From Kudoa neothunni (taxonomy: Eukaryota > Animalia > Cnidaria), in the NCBI GenBank assembly GCA_964304625.1, contig OZ199838.1:11495608-11559607 (forward strand): DNA of 64,000 nt. The letters run 5' to 3'. Under the pieces are notes generated by a model. It did not search any database. It was given only the letters and a program-made list of their open reading frames with translations, and was not told the origin of the DNA. The position numbers were made by a program, and so were the translations under genes. Of the stretch, positions 1 through 13,741 are shown piece after piece (positions within the stretch are counted from its first letter, which is position 1; the number at the start of each line of letters is the position of its first letter).

Positions 1-31
1 AGGCCCAATAGACCCCAAAGTCTTTAGAGGG
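1..31. mobile_element. Right end of a piggyBac-family element running off the window start
   Basis: Ends ...TTAGAGGG followed by TTAA (32-35), preceded by a GACCCC subterminal motif like the other piggyBac ends in this window. Confidence 0.6.
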
Positions 32-65
32 TTAAAAAAATATTACTTATAAGTTATAACTTGAA

Positions 66-985
66 TTAGGGATCGTAATTTTCGATTAAAATCGACATTA
101 GTCGGCGAATTGTTAAAAAAGTTTCGACGTTTGTTTTCCGGGAAAATTCTGAATCCTTTGAAAAATTTGAAATGGGTAGTAACCAGAGAGAACTTGATAG
201 TTTTTCTGTTGAATAGATTGACACAGAGAAGGTGGAAAATGACTTTTCTTGTAAATATTGCAACGTGAAATTATCTCTACAACAAAATAGCGTTTACAAA
301 AAAATAAAATCAAAGAAACATCTTTAAAGAGCGCTTCAAAACATTTCTCTGCCAGTTATTATTGTAGAGATAGAAAAAATTGAGCAAAATTTGGTTTCTG
401 TTATTGTCGTCGACGTTCTTCCGCTGTAACTATTTGATATGAAATGTTTTTTGTAATTTGGTATGTTTAAACATACACGCATGCGTATTTATGAATCAAC
501 CAAAATAAACCTCGAAAATTATGATCCCTACTTATAAAAATTCATTCTAGTATTACTTTAATAATATGTTTTTAATTGACTACTTCTTAAGTTTTGGAAA
601 TTTAAGATTTCACAAATTGAAGCGATTTGTTGGCCTTTTTTTTGTTCACAAAAAACCAACGGCTCAAATTTTTATCGACTCCAATCGGCAAATGCCGATT
701 GTTAAAGATGTAAATAATTTTGTTTACTGGTAAATGTTTATTTATTCGTGACTTGAGTCACAACAACTTAATATACATTGTGTTTTATATTCTCATGGCG
801 TAAAAAAGATTTTCTCAAATGATGTCACCTATTCGATTTGAAATGAATTAATTTAAAATAAATTTTTTTTATTCTATTTGTGTTCTAATTTTATTATAAA
901 AAGTTATTTTTGGATGTTCGACCCCTTGCTTGTCTTAACATATTATCTCCATGCGGCCCGCGGATAAAAAGTTTTCCCACCCCTA
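66..985. mobile_element. Degenerate hAT-type transposon debris
   Basis: hAT-like end GCGGCCCGCGG...TTTTCCCACCCCTA at 953-985. Broken minus-strand frames at 66-420 only loosely resemble transposase/BED sequence. Confidence 0.35.
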
Positions 986-1163
986 GATTAGTTTATAAAA
1001 ATAAGGTGCATTCATTCAAAGGTAATTTTTCGATTAAGGTTAACCTAAGAATCGTACTGAAGAGATGTAAAACATAATAAAAACCAATAATTTAAGAATG
1101 AAAAATTAAGGGAACATAGGTTGTGTGTTAACAAAAAAATATTCATTTTCACCGTAACAGATG

Positions 1164-2816
1164 TTAATTATGGAAGCGGTTGTTGGATGAGTTTCGATAC
1201 AATTCTTGAAAATTTGTTAACCTATCGTAAACTTCTACCAATCCTTCTTTAGTGTCAACTTTTAGGGAGACATTGTAATGAGAATTTTCCTAAATTATCA
1301 CATCAATTAGAGCAATTGCCATCAACCTCACCTGAGATAATATAATGACATGTAGGATTCTGTTTCTGATGAGGAATCCCAAATAATTCGACAAGACATC
1401 TTTAGGATAGTTGACCATAGAAAAAGAACCAATTACAGATTGGGCAGGGATAGTGAACACACTCTCAACAATTTCCTTGTTGGGTATCAAAACACACCCC
1501 AGTTGTACACATTTAAACCAGCCATAATCCAAAAAATACATCTAAATATAATATTAAGTTAAATCAATTTCCATACATACCATATTTTTTTGTCTATCCA
1601 CACAAACAGCTCTGAAAAAGTGTTTATTAATTTTCACAATAGCGGGGTTGTTTTCTACAAAGTGATCCACCGCATCAATAGTATCATTAGAATTTATATT
1701 TTTGGCATAGAACCAATATTTTTTCAACACATGCTCAATGAAACCAAGTCTATTGGGATATATTTGTAAACAAAATGAATTCACATCATGGATGCCACAT
1801 AATTTGGCGGTGAAATTCTGCCGATAATCGAAATGATAGAATCTACAATTGGATTTTGACACAATTTTAAAAGGTTTCAACGTTGTTCCGTGATCAAGGT
1901 AGCAAAAAAATGAATAATAATCGCACATATCTACGGTGGAACGAAACCCGAAAGTTTTGATGGGTATATCATGTTCAAATTTAACACGATACAATTCATT
2001 CACGCAATACAATTCCAATTCTTGGTGCTCCTCAAACAGGCTGTTTAATTTGTGCATGAGATCATCATCCATTCGTACAATAAAAAAATTCACGACACCA
2101 GGACTGTATTGCTGATAAAGTTTCTCCATCGAATGATAATAATTACAATCGCTAGGCGTTAAATATTCCGTAGATATTGTTTTTAAAAAATAAATATTTT
2201 TCGAAGAAAAGTCAACATTAAGACCGGGGAACGACTTATTAATCAGATGTTTCAACTCGGGGAATGTTATCAACTCTAGATCCATTGTACTATTGATAAA
2301 TCGTTTATAAAGTGGTAGATTGGTTAGCTGAGAACGATTGGTCTCAATATGTTTGGATACAGCGTTTAAAAGACGATCTTGTATCGATCTTTCAATAAAG
2401 GCGGTCTTCAACCTAGTTAGTTGTTGTTTGTTTGCTCCTGTCAATCCACCTACATTATCACCACCTTTCTGCTCCCGTATTAATCCAAGTATGTTTTTGG
2501 TGTGTGGATTGACGAAATTTTCGCGGTATGTAATTAACGATTGGGTTCCATCCCAGACCGGCTTAAAAATATCATTCCAGTCTTTGATCAGCGCATCCAC
2601 AGTAGAGTATCCTAACTGAGCGTACGGCACAAATTGCCCCGTGACCTCCACATAATCACAACACAATTTTTGTTGTGTAATTGGTGCGGTTATTGAGGCC
2701 AACAATGATTTGAACGTTCGTTTCACCTATAGTATCATTACATTAGAACCACACACTTTCAAAATGCACCAGTATACATCGTCAACAATCATTTTATCCG
2801 TATCGACAGTAGACAT
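1164..2816 (-). CDS. LOTUS(OST-HTH)+Tudor domain protein, TDRD5/Tejas-like (germline/piRNA pathway)
   Basis: Spliced model: ATG 2816, 30-nt intron 2727-2756, further introns at ~1542-1580 and ~1290-1331, stop 1164. Extended LOTUS (LCCDYVEVTGQFVPYAQLGYSTVDALI...TKNILGLIREQK), another LOTUS-like block (LYRVKFEHDIPIKTFGFRST), C-terminal Tudor (FFRAVCVD...YFLDYG). Confidence 0.8.
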
Positions 2817-3023
2817 AATACTACTAACGTGTTGCTACCTCAAGCTGCTACACAAATCTCATCCGTTGCCTTGACACGTGGTTGAGAAATTTATTAATTC
2901 ATTTCATTAAAAAATTAAAAAAATATTTTTAAATGATTTAAATATTCTAATATGTTAACGAAAAATTTTAGTATGCGGTAAATTTAATGAGACTTAGATT
3001 TTTAAATCTATCTTTAATATTTG

Positions 3024-3035
3024 TGCGCATGCGCA
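3024..3035. promoter_or_regulatory. NRF1/EWG-type palindrome TGCGCATGCGCA in a bidirectional promoter
   Basis: Perfect 12-bp palindrome midway in the ~400-bp gap between divergent starts (2816 minus, 3223 plus). Confidence 0.7.
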
Positions 3036-3222
3036 GATCAAAAATTAAAGCCAGGTTTCGAGTGAAAACCCACATATGAATGCTTCTCCATGAGGTTCTA
3101 TAAAGAAATAAGCTCAGTAAACCGATTTTTTAAGTGTGAGTGCTTTCTGTTTGAAAATAATTACTACATGCTATTTCTCATTTGATACACATGTTGGTTG
3201 TTAAAAAAATTTTTATACATAA

Positions 3223-5612
3223 ATGACTTCATTTTATATAGTTAGGGGTTTATTCGTGAGAAATTTTATGAAATCAAATAAAGAAAATGAAATTTTTGAG
3301 GAAGAACGATCTCTTCACAATTGTATTATACCCTCGACATGGTTTGATTGTTACAGTGTTAATATGGAGAAAACAGAAATTGAACATTTAATCAAAAAAT
3401 TACGCGAAGAAACCACTTGGTTTTATGGCAAGAAATTGGCCAACTCAATAGACTCTTTATTGTACGATTTTCAAATGGATCCCAACGTACAAAAACTCAA
3501 TGAGATATACAATAAATTTTATGTTGAATTGGGATCGGAAAAATTAATGCGTATAGCACGAGAACATCGGTATTTGTGCAGTGGCGAGTCGTCAATATTT
3601 CATACGTCGGTGTTAGGTTTACGTCCGAATGGCCATGTGAATTCTCATTACCAACCTACTCAAGTGAGTTTTTTTTATTTTTAATATTTATAGAAAAACT
3701 TTGGTATATAGGTGGAACGAGCTGCCTCAATTATTGTCACAATGCTTAAGATGAAATTCAGTCTCGAAGACAACACCCTTTTTCCAACACTCCACACCAA
3801 TCAAATCCATCCCAAACAAGAACGAGCCAATCTATACATGATGAAATATGCCACATTCCCACACGCACTACGATACATCCAGTTTAGACAGAGATATCGA
3901 ATGTTTTTTATGACCAACAACTATTTGGATATGTATTCGAGGAGCTTTGTTCCGGTGAACCAATCTCACCCTGGCCGTCCTAAAGATGGAAATTCAAACC
4001 AAAACAAAACTTTCGAATATAATACCATAAAACAATATGGTGATTCGAGACATGTTTGTGTAATTTCGAGAGGCACAATTTACAAATTTGATGTGGTGGG
4101 AATGGAGAAAAAATCATTGTTCAAAAGCTCGCCCAAAGAGAAAGTTTATTGTTTTAACAAAATCGCCAAAACGTTACACTCTATAAAAATCGATTCTGAA
4201 AATAAATACAAAAATCGTGTAAATAATCTTGGCAATCTGAACACTAATCCAAACCAAGGGAAAGACGACTTCAATTATGATGCAGTTGGTATCGGTGCAC
4301 TTACCTCATTACCTAGGGAGGAGTGGGGGCAGATTAGGAACCATCTTCAAAATTTATCAGATGCTAACCGAAAAAATCTACATGATATCGAATCTGCTGT
4401 GTGTGTCATGTGTTTGGATGATTCTTATAAACCTCATGTGAAATCGCTGGGTTTTCTAATGGAAAGCTCCTCCGATGTTACACACAATGCCAAATATTAT
4501 CTTTGTGGGAATAGTGAAAATCGATGGTTCGACAAATCCACCCAAATTGTTATCAATAACCAATCCAACGCTGCTGTACTTAATAATTTGGCATGTTGTG
4601 ATGTAGCACCAGCCAGTAGATTGATTAGTGAGGTGTTACTTGGGGAGAAATTCTCACCGTACAAATACCAATCCAACAATCCCACATATCCGTTGGAATT
4701 CTCCCCACTCAATTGGACCACCGACAACTTCACCAACAACCAAATTCAACACGCGTCCACTTATGCTCAATTCATTGGTGGTTCAATTGTGGAAAGCCGC
4801 AGTCAAATCAGACTGCCCTTCTATGCCAACTACAGTATGAACTATTTGTTGACTAGGTTTCTATTGGTTAAAATATTGGTATGTTATGTTTTTGTTTAAG
4901 GGTTAAATGGTTGAGTGTTTGTTGTAGGGATATTCCATGAGAAAATTCAAAAAACCAATTAGAACCGGGTTTGGCGTGTATCGTTTTTGTAATGATGCCT
5001 ATTTTGATATTGCATCGTTGATCAACAAACCCATTTATGATGAACTAACTAAACGGGATGGAATGTATAGCTGCCAATCGGATAGCTACCCACTGATGAA
5101 TCTCCTAGGGGATAGAATATTTGAATCATTTTCGGGTAGGTGATAGTATTTGTTGTTGTGTGCTGAATACAAGAATAAATCTATTTTAGAAACTTATCAA
5201 GTCTCGTTTTTTGATGCACTTATCTACATGGCCAAATTAAACAACGTTGAAATCCTTCATTTTAACGATCCTCTCTTTCAAAACCACATCCTTCATTATG
5301 ATCTATATTTTGGAAGTGTGATGAACAAATTTGTCGATTTTGCTTCAGTCCTACCTCCTAACAAAGAATCCATCGTTTTTTCATTTCAAGCTGACAATCC
5401 CACCAGATATCAAATTCTCTCCTATAATATTAGCGCTGGAAAAGAAAGGGCTAACCATGTGAATCATTACGAATTGATAAAATTCATTGAAACCCCATTC
5501 AATTAACTCTCCTGATTTCTTACTAATCGAGGGCCAAGCTTCAATTTCAATACAGTGCTAGTTTTATCCCAGCTCTCTTTATAAAACAATATGGAAGAAA
5601 TTGTATTTTTAA
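3223..5612 (+). CDS. Divergent choline/carnitine acyltransferase-fold protein (CPT2-like), probably catalytically inactive
   Basis: Open frame through GT-AG introns (3664-3711, 4879-4927, ~5136-5189; last intron and exon less certain). Family motifs QVERAASII, SRHVCVISRGTIYKFDV, IGALTSLPREEWGQIRNHL, DIESAVCVMCLDD, NRWFDKSTQIVI. Confidence 0.8.
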
Positions 5613-8371
5613 CTTACTTATAAATCATTAATTTTTCTTTTTAATTTTTTTCACATTCTATTTTCCTCTCTTGATTTTTTTTACTGTGAAGAGGTGTTTA
5701 CTTAGCTAATTTCACTTAAGTTTTTTTATATACCAGTAATACATTTTTTAAACTGAAATAGCTTTTATCTCGATAACGCTGACCTAATACTAAGAGAACT
5801 AATCAACATATTTCTTCGGAGGATAGAAATTAAAGTTGATAACCACTTTTGCATAATACCATAAAGGCAGGAGGTAATTGACTAAAACCAGTCGTTTAAC
5901 CACTTTTACGTAGTTTAGCACACGTACAAATTTTATATATCGTCCTTTGGATATAATTTAGACAACAAACATCACAATTAACAAAATCTATATAGAAAAT
6001 ATGTTTTTATCGCTTTTCAGTACTAAACACTTTATTTAAAATTCGGGATCTCAAATAATGTTACTATTTGTTATTACACCACTTATTCCTTAATTACATA
6101 ATACATAATGTATTGAAAATCTTAATTTTATGCAGCGTGGTTTGTGGATTAAAAAAAGCTGTCATTAATTAAGAGATAAACAGAAAAATATTCTGATCGT
6201 AATTGTTTGAGATTTCCAGCTACAAATTATAATTTAATTAATAGAGGTAGTCCCTTCATAAAAATTCATTTCCTTTATATTATATATTTATATATTAAGA
6301 AACTAACCATTGGTTAATTGTTGAAATTAACTTATTTCTACACCTTTTCGTTGTCTTATGTATATGTAGAACATAATTTTCTTGAACCACTTACATCAAT
6401 TTCGGTTATAAAGGTGTCGTCCCAGAAAACAGATTTTCATAAGTTAAATTTATTAGATAGTTTTAACCTATATTCAAAATTCCTACATGATTCTTTCTGG
6501 TGTTTAAAATTTCCATTACATATATTAATCTACGGCATGTTAAAACATTGCAGCAAATTGGAAATTTTCGCCCCCTCGCAAGGTAAGATTATTGTATTAC
6601 ATTATATATTAATAATTATATGGTTATGTTTCTACGTAATTTTTTTAGCCATTAAGAATAAAAAAACCAATGAATAAACAATACCAACTCAAAATACTAC
6701 GTTAAACTGGTTAATCACATGATTTTTATTTGAAATATTTTCTAATTTATTTTAATTTAAATTCATTTAAACTTCATAAAATGGTTTAAGGTAAAACCAT
6801 AAGCAATGTTCATTTTATGTTTATGAGGTATGTAGAGTTTTTAGAAAAGTGTGTGGGATTAGTTATTGTATTCAATAATTTTAATTTATTCAGCCAGTCT
6901 TTAGAATTCAAAAATAAAATTAACCGGGAAATACCCTTGAAAAATTATATAGGTAGCGATATTTTAGTTTTAACATACAAATTTATATTCTTTCATTAAA
7001 AAATCTTTCTTTTTATCGCAGTTAACATAGTCTGAACAAATATACAAATAAAGTTTAGGTAAAAGTTTAAAATACCTTTTTTATCTCAATAAACTTGAGA
7101 AATTGCACATAATCTAAGTTTGAATGTATTAGTGTTAATTCAATAATTCATTTTTAGTGAAGAATAAATTCTCCTTTTAGTTAATTAAGCGTTGGATTAT
7201 GGGTTTTAATAAATTCTATTACATTTACGAATTTGCAATCACTAAATTTAAGGTGCTTAGATCGTCTAATGCCGAATTTCGTACCTGTTAAATCAAACAT
7301 AAAAAACTTAGAAGAATCATCGTTAAAATAATTGGTATCTTTAATCTCATTTGAGCGCGTTTCAGTTGTTCTACTCTGTAGCATACGGCAATTGCAAGTT
7401 TTTCTTGAACTACTGTCTAAGCAACTTTTGAGGAGAAATATCCAAAAGGGCGATTTCTTAAAATAAAGTCACAGTTCACTAAAAGTCGAATCTAAAACAG
7501 CAAGCTTATCTCTAATAAATAAATATATTATTTTGCTTTAGGGTAAATGATAATAAAAATCCTCAAGATAAGTGCGCCCTGGTCAATTGTTTTGTGATAA
7601 GCATACTTTGTGTTGGTATTATTTATCTTCATAAAAAATTTTAACTAATTAATAAGAAAATTTTTACGAAATGTTTTTAAAGTATTTAAATGGTTATGTT
7701 TATTAATTTTAGACGGTAATTTATTTCATTTTAGTCTTCCTTGAGAATTGATCAAGTGTTATTAAATGCATATGTTTCGATTTAACTAAGCAAAGTGAGT
7801 TGTTATAATTTATTTTCCACGAAAATCATCCAACTAACTTGGAAAATCTCTTAGGAATCCATTACGAATCAAAAAGTGATTTATTCTATTAATAAAATAA
7901 TGGGAATTTTTGGCCCAAAATAGTTCTGAGTTAAAGGATTCTACCTTCTTTAGGCGTTGAATTGAATTCTGATAATAAATTTTTTGGCTTTATTTAGTGA
8001 ATAAGATATAGGTATTATAAACGTAGGAGAGCAAGAAATTAATATAATAAATATAAATAAATTTCTAGTATTGTTTGTTCGGTAAAACTTTATAAATATT
8101 ATGTAGAATTGAATAATCCCTACAAATACTAAATATATTAAGAAAATAATTTAGCTGCTTGCTGATTTGAAAATATTATAAAGTCGTTATCTTCAACACG
8201 TTACATCACTCGGTTATATGATTATCAATGTCAATTGCAAGTAAAATAATCATATGTTGTATTAATTTTGTCTACCTAATATATATAAAAAACATCAAAA
8301 TCAAACATATTGTGATAAGAAGAAATAATATTGGGGTAACAACGCATGGGTCCATGGAGAATATATTAAAA

Positions 8372-9394
8372 CTAGTTTTGAACGTAGAATGGTTTGATCG
8401 CATATGACATTAAACATCCAACAAATAGGAAAGCAACTCCAACCCAACCATAGAGAAGGCCAGAACCAGGAATCATCGATTTATATTTTGGATCGAAGAG
8501 AGTGGCGGTTGCGTAGTTCATTACAGAAAATATGATAATGGCAAGAATTGCTTAATTAAAATTTATTATCAATGTGTAAGTTTTGGAGCATTTCCATTTA
8601 CTTCCTATTCCAATAAATACTGTTGAAATGAAAAATAGTATAGGGGCCAGTTTTGCAAACAAACACATTATAATACCAATCACCATAAACACAGCTGCAA
8701 CGAAGCTCACAATTATAAGGGAGGATGACGTTTCAAGATCACGAGAAACTAAAAGGGATCATGCTTATTGTAGATAACTTTGATTGAAAATGATATTTAG
8801 TGGATAATAGTTAAAATTATACGATGTAAGGCCTTCAAAACATCAACACTCAGCAAAATATCAGTCATGGCCACTAGAAATGTATTATCAACATCAATAC
8901 AACTACATCATTACGTATATTTGCACATGTTAAATTGACTAAAATCAAATTATACTGCAATTATTAAAACATGAAAAAAGCACTATCGTATTCGCCGTGT
9001 GGTTTTTCGCAGTCATAGTCCAATAAAAAGGTGGTATTTCCCAGTAAGAATCCGGTGTATCCTATTGTTTTTGGTTGCAGATTTAGTCTAGTTGTGCATA
9101 TATTAGAAAATATTACTTGCGTCAATTAATCGTAGCTCGATGAAACATTTGGTTCTATTCATTTCGCCTACCGGTGTGACGCAACCTGCATACATTCCTG
9201 TCGAGAAGATGGTGTTATTTAACGTTTCTGGTGATGTCACTCCCATGTTTTGGCTGACACAAGCGATCACATAAAGTACAAAACCGACAAAGTTCAGAAC
9301 AACGCAAAAAGAAAATAAAGTGACCGCTACTTTCTAAATTCATAGAATTTATCAAAATTTTCTCTAATAATCTATTAGTTAAAGATTTTACCAT
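8372..9394 (-). CDS. Claudin/PMP22-superfamily four-TM protein (not in ORF track)
   Basis: Seven coding exons joined by GT-AG introns, the first containing only the ATG. Product MKVAVTLFSFCVVLNFVGFVLYVIACVS...TGMYAGC...C...SSSLIIVSFVAAVFMVIGII...ILFFISTVFIGIGTILAIIIF...GSGLLYGWVGVAFLFVGCLM...QN*. Four hydrophobic helices, a degenerate GLW-C-C signature and the typical G-x-x-x-x-x-W motif before TM4. Confidence 0.75.
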
Positions 9395-10472
9395 TTTCTC
9401 TCCAATACAACAGAACGAACAACTCTAACCCGAATATATTTTGTAGCTGATCAAGAATTTGTATCGGAATTTGAATCGTTTAAATAAGTGCATTTATCAC
9501 AATTAAAACATTTTCATGTAATCAATGCCTAAACTATTATATTAGTTTATTCTAACTATTATTGCACTTTGTTTAATCAATACCACAATGCAAAAATTAT
9601 TTCTGTTGGTCAAACAACTGTTGTCTTGTGTGGAACAGATATTTTACTTTTCAACTGTAAACCTTGTCTAACTGGACCAAACTCCAAAAATCTGATCTTA
9701 TCAGTTTCTGCATCTTCTTCTAAAGTTTCAGTGTATTGTAAAAATTGTTATTTTATCGAAAAAAACAATTTATAATGGTCCATTAAGAAAATCCCTTGGG
9801 AGCACTTACGGTTTATATAAAACCAATATGTTAATAGAATTTGGATATATTTAAAAATTGAATAATTCAATCACTCACCAGATATTTATGAAACAATCCA
9901 TTTAATGGTCAACATTTTCTATCAGAAAGAAGTTTAAGAAGATTTTTCGGGTACAGTAATCCTATTTTACTCTTAGATTTTACCATTAAAGATATTGTAA
10001 GTTTAAACAATTTCTACTACTTTTACCCTTAAAAAAATTAGAATATTTGTTCATTACTATAAATAAACAAATACCAATTTCCATTTATTCTATTATTATT
10101 ATTATTATTGTTATTGGAAAATATATTGAATCAATGAGTGTAATTGACCACTTTTTAATAATATATTCAAAAAAGTCGCGATAACAACGTATTTCATGTT
10201 ACGGTGTACAAAAAATTATATTTTGTTTTCTTTTTAATTTGTTTGTTTGTTTATACAATATACTATTTCATGGTGAAAATTCCGAAAGTGATATAATTCT
10301 GCGTCTACCCAAATTCAAATAAAACGATAGTTTATTTAAAATCAATTTGCATTTTACTCATAACGTGATTACTAATGCTCAGGAATTTGTCCAATTTATT
10401 AGACATACAGTGAGTTCTCGATATTGCACACTAAATCGGGACCTGAGCTTTTATTGCCTAATATCCATGTGT

Positions 10473-10484
10473 CGCGCATGCGCA
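10473..10484. promoter_or_regulatory. NRF1/EWG-type motif CGCGCATGCGCA (target unclear; ~1.1 kb upstream of the claudin-like ATG)
   Basis: Same motif as at the other promoters in the window. Confidence 0.4.
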
Positions 10485-11711
10485 AGTAGAATAAATTTTT
10501 TATTTTTTAACGAAAAAATGATCTACCTTGTTTGTATTATTAAATTAAAGATGTGAAAGGCATCTATCTAATGACATATGAACTTCTCTTTATCTTTCGC
10601 GAATTTTAGACCAAGAGTTTTCAAAATATCACGAAGATAGTTGAAGACATCTAACCATTTTTTTTAATTGTTAATATTTAACAGAAAATTCATAAATTCA
10701 TTTAAAACAAGGGGTATCTTTAAATTTAACAATGACGCTATGTGGAAATTTTATCTCTATAAATTAAGCACTCTATAATTCTATTACATGTTTTTTGATT
10801 GTTCCATTTCCTTTTAATTCAACTCCTTTGTATCATATGTTTGTTGAGCGCATTGATCTTAGGAAAGGGCGATCTAACCGATATTTAATATGTTTCCTTT
10901 TTCATATCTACGGTTTAACTAATAAATGTTATTACCTAATCATTAACAATATTATCATATACTTCCCCCCTCTCCGCGAAGAGTGTATTTTTAAAAGACA
11001 GCGAATCTTAAAATGTTTAAGGAAACCTTCTGTTCCACTTAAACCAGTGATTTAAGATCATCAGCAAAGAGTTTTGCCCTCTCAGTGATAAAAACTAGAA
11101 TATTTGTTTTTTTGGTGATCTGATACAATTCGGTCATATAACGCAATTTGAAGTTGGATGTATTTTTTATTTATAATTCCTTTACTGAGAGAAATAACAT
11201 TGGCGTTCATTATATCAGATTTATTAGATAAAAATTTTTTCAGAGAAGAATAACTAATTTGAATTTGAATAAAATTCACAATAACAGAATTCATGATATT
11301 CTCTGGTGCTATAGAATAATCTTTTGGCATTTAAGATTGAGGTAATTGGATCATATTATTGAATAGTTCCAATTTTTTATCATAATTTATTTCATCTTTC
11401 ACAATACCGAACGTTCGAATGTGTACTTTAGTGGATTAGTCGGATTAAAATTTGAAGAAACCATTGCCCAATAGCAAGAACCTGACCCTGATTTTTACAA
11501 AAAATACATTTTTTTAATGTTATTTCGTATTGTTGGGTATAACGCTAGAGTAGAAGACTATATGCATCGAAAAGGTTACAATGTTAGTAACAGAAATTTG
11601 AAAAAAATGTAGACTACCCTATATCGAACCGCGCAATATCGAGACCTTACTCTATATTTTTTTATGATACTCCTTGTGATTATACACAACTATAGTTACT
11701 ACGCTCTATAG

Positions 11712-13480
11712 CAGGGGTCGGCAACCGATATGACCGGAAGAGTCAATTATTGATGGTGGGGGAAGATTTTTCTACTTCCGGAGCCGTACATTAACTTTAG
11801 GCTCAAAAATCACAACATTTAACCTAAAAACCATGAATACATACATTTCAGAAAAATCTGGAGAAAATTGTCCAATTAGTCTATACGTGTTTTTCTATAA
11901 CTAATCAACCTATTATTTTTATTATTAGTATTTAATGTAGGAAGAAATAATAAAACTAAAAAAAGTATGCACTTAAATTTGTCTGATTACTTCAAATAAT
12001 ATTGTAATTTCGTTTTAGATAGTTTCCATTATGATGAATTAGAAAATTTACCATTGGCCTCTATACAACAAATATACGATATAAAATTCACTTCCATGAA
12101 TATTATTGTCAACAAAAAGAAAATTTCAACTATATAATTTAGTCTTTTAAAATAGAAAGGATTACTTATTTTCTAGTGTATTTACATCAATTTAATTATT
12201 TCAACAAAATTTTGTATGGAGTTTTCTCTGTAATAAAACTGAAGAACGTTTAATATTACAAGAGAATTCTTTTTATGGATAACATTTAATGAAAATAAAT
12301 GTATAATTACTTTTTTATGTAAAAAAGTTGACTCAACAAAATTTTTCAACTGGAATAACTACCAAAATTTTCATAGGTCTAGTTTAAAGGTTTAAAAAAA
12401 TTGTGCATATAAACAAATGAGATGTATTTGGTACAATACTCGAAAAATTTATTTTTACATAGTTTCAGTTTAATAATAACCTTTTCATTAGGAAGAATTT
12501 TTTAATAATAATAAAGAATAATTTTTTGAATTAAAACCGTAGATAAAATTGAGAGCATGTAGAGTTATTGTGTCTCGTTAATAATTGCATATGTATAGGG
12601 GAATATTCTATGAGGAGTATTTAATATTTATAGGTTATTTGTTTTTGCTGAATCTTTTCTTTCTATATTTAACTTTTAAATTGCAAATTAAGAAAATTAA
12701 TTCAATTTGGTGAAATTGGAGTACCATAAATTCTTTCAATACCCATATATTTCCCTTAAAAACTAATTTATCTGATGAAAATTCAAAAATTGAACGTAAT
12801 AATGAGTTCAACTACTAGGATTTATATAATTTCTTCGTGTTTTAATCTTAGATATTGTAGTTTATATTATGCATGTAAGATGAGGATCCGCAGGTTGCCG
12901 GGCCGGATGGTCATACTAAACTAGAAGGCAGGCCAGTATATTTATAAATCCATTGGCTGTAATGGATTTTTCACAGCACAATTGAAACTTGGCTTCTTAA
13001 ATTTATATTTTGATATTTAAAAGAATACATTTTCATCACAGTGCGAGAAGACTACAACGTACGTTCCATATCTTTATGAGAAAATGACAAGTTTTATTTT
13101 GATACAATTTTTTATTTCAAAATTTACCTAATTTTTTTGATATTGAATTTAATATTTCATATACTTAAACGGTGGTTCGAAATCATGAAGAACAATAATA
13201 AAGCGTTTTCATTCGACACAATAAGACTAATCATACAATCCGTAAAAATAAGTAAGAATTATGCTTGGGAGAATATTTTAACCTTTATTTTGTTTTTTAC
13301 TTATTTATATTTAGAAAAAGGGCATAATATTTAATTAACTTTGTTTATATTGTTATAAAGCTTCTTTAAGTGCTGAAAATATCGATAATAAATAGTGTTA
13401 AATTATACAATTATTGTCTAATAAAAAAATTAACTCCAACAATGATCCCTCTTTCGCGGGCCGGTCGTTACCTGCCTCTG
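11712..13480. mobile_element. Decayed hAT element or elements
   Basis: Starts CAGGGGTCGGCAAC (typical hAT TIR) and ends GCGGGCCGGTCGTTACCTGCCTCTG. TIR match is imperfect, there is no clear 8-bp TSD and no intact ORF. Confidence 0.45.
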
Positions 13481-13741
13481 TTATAATTTGCAGATTATTC
13501 CCCAAATTTATAATTTAAATAATTTATTCGTTTCTAAAAGTCCCCCAAAAGTATAGTGAATTATAATACATTAAGTTACCGGATGGTTTTGTTAAGTAGA
13601 TTTATTTTTAACATTATTTAGATTACTCATAGAATGTTCGCTATTGTTAGTAATTTTTATAATAAAATTAAAAATCACTGATAAATTTATTATATTGTAT
13701 AATTTATATCTTAACAAAAACCCCATGCATACTTAGATTAA

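Noticed and set aside
2338-2619. Antisense ORFs overlapping real genes (also 4497-4739, 17553-17768, 20017-20250, 33888-34124, 61471-61743)
   Set aside because: Shadows of coding exons on the opposite strand, with no independent motifs.
6318-7500. Short ORFs 6318-6677, 6817-6999, 7181-7384
   Set aside because: AT-rich low-information translations; probably old transposon debris that I cannot classify.
9610-10090. Possible small minus-strand gene (GTGAGT/GTAAGT donor-like sites)
   Set aside because: No consistent open spliced frame; many stops; looks like decayed TE sequence.
10091-10115. (ATT)n microsatellite; also poly-C at ~40279-40291
   Set aside because: Ordinary simple repeats.
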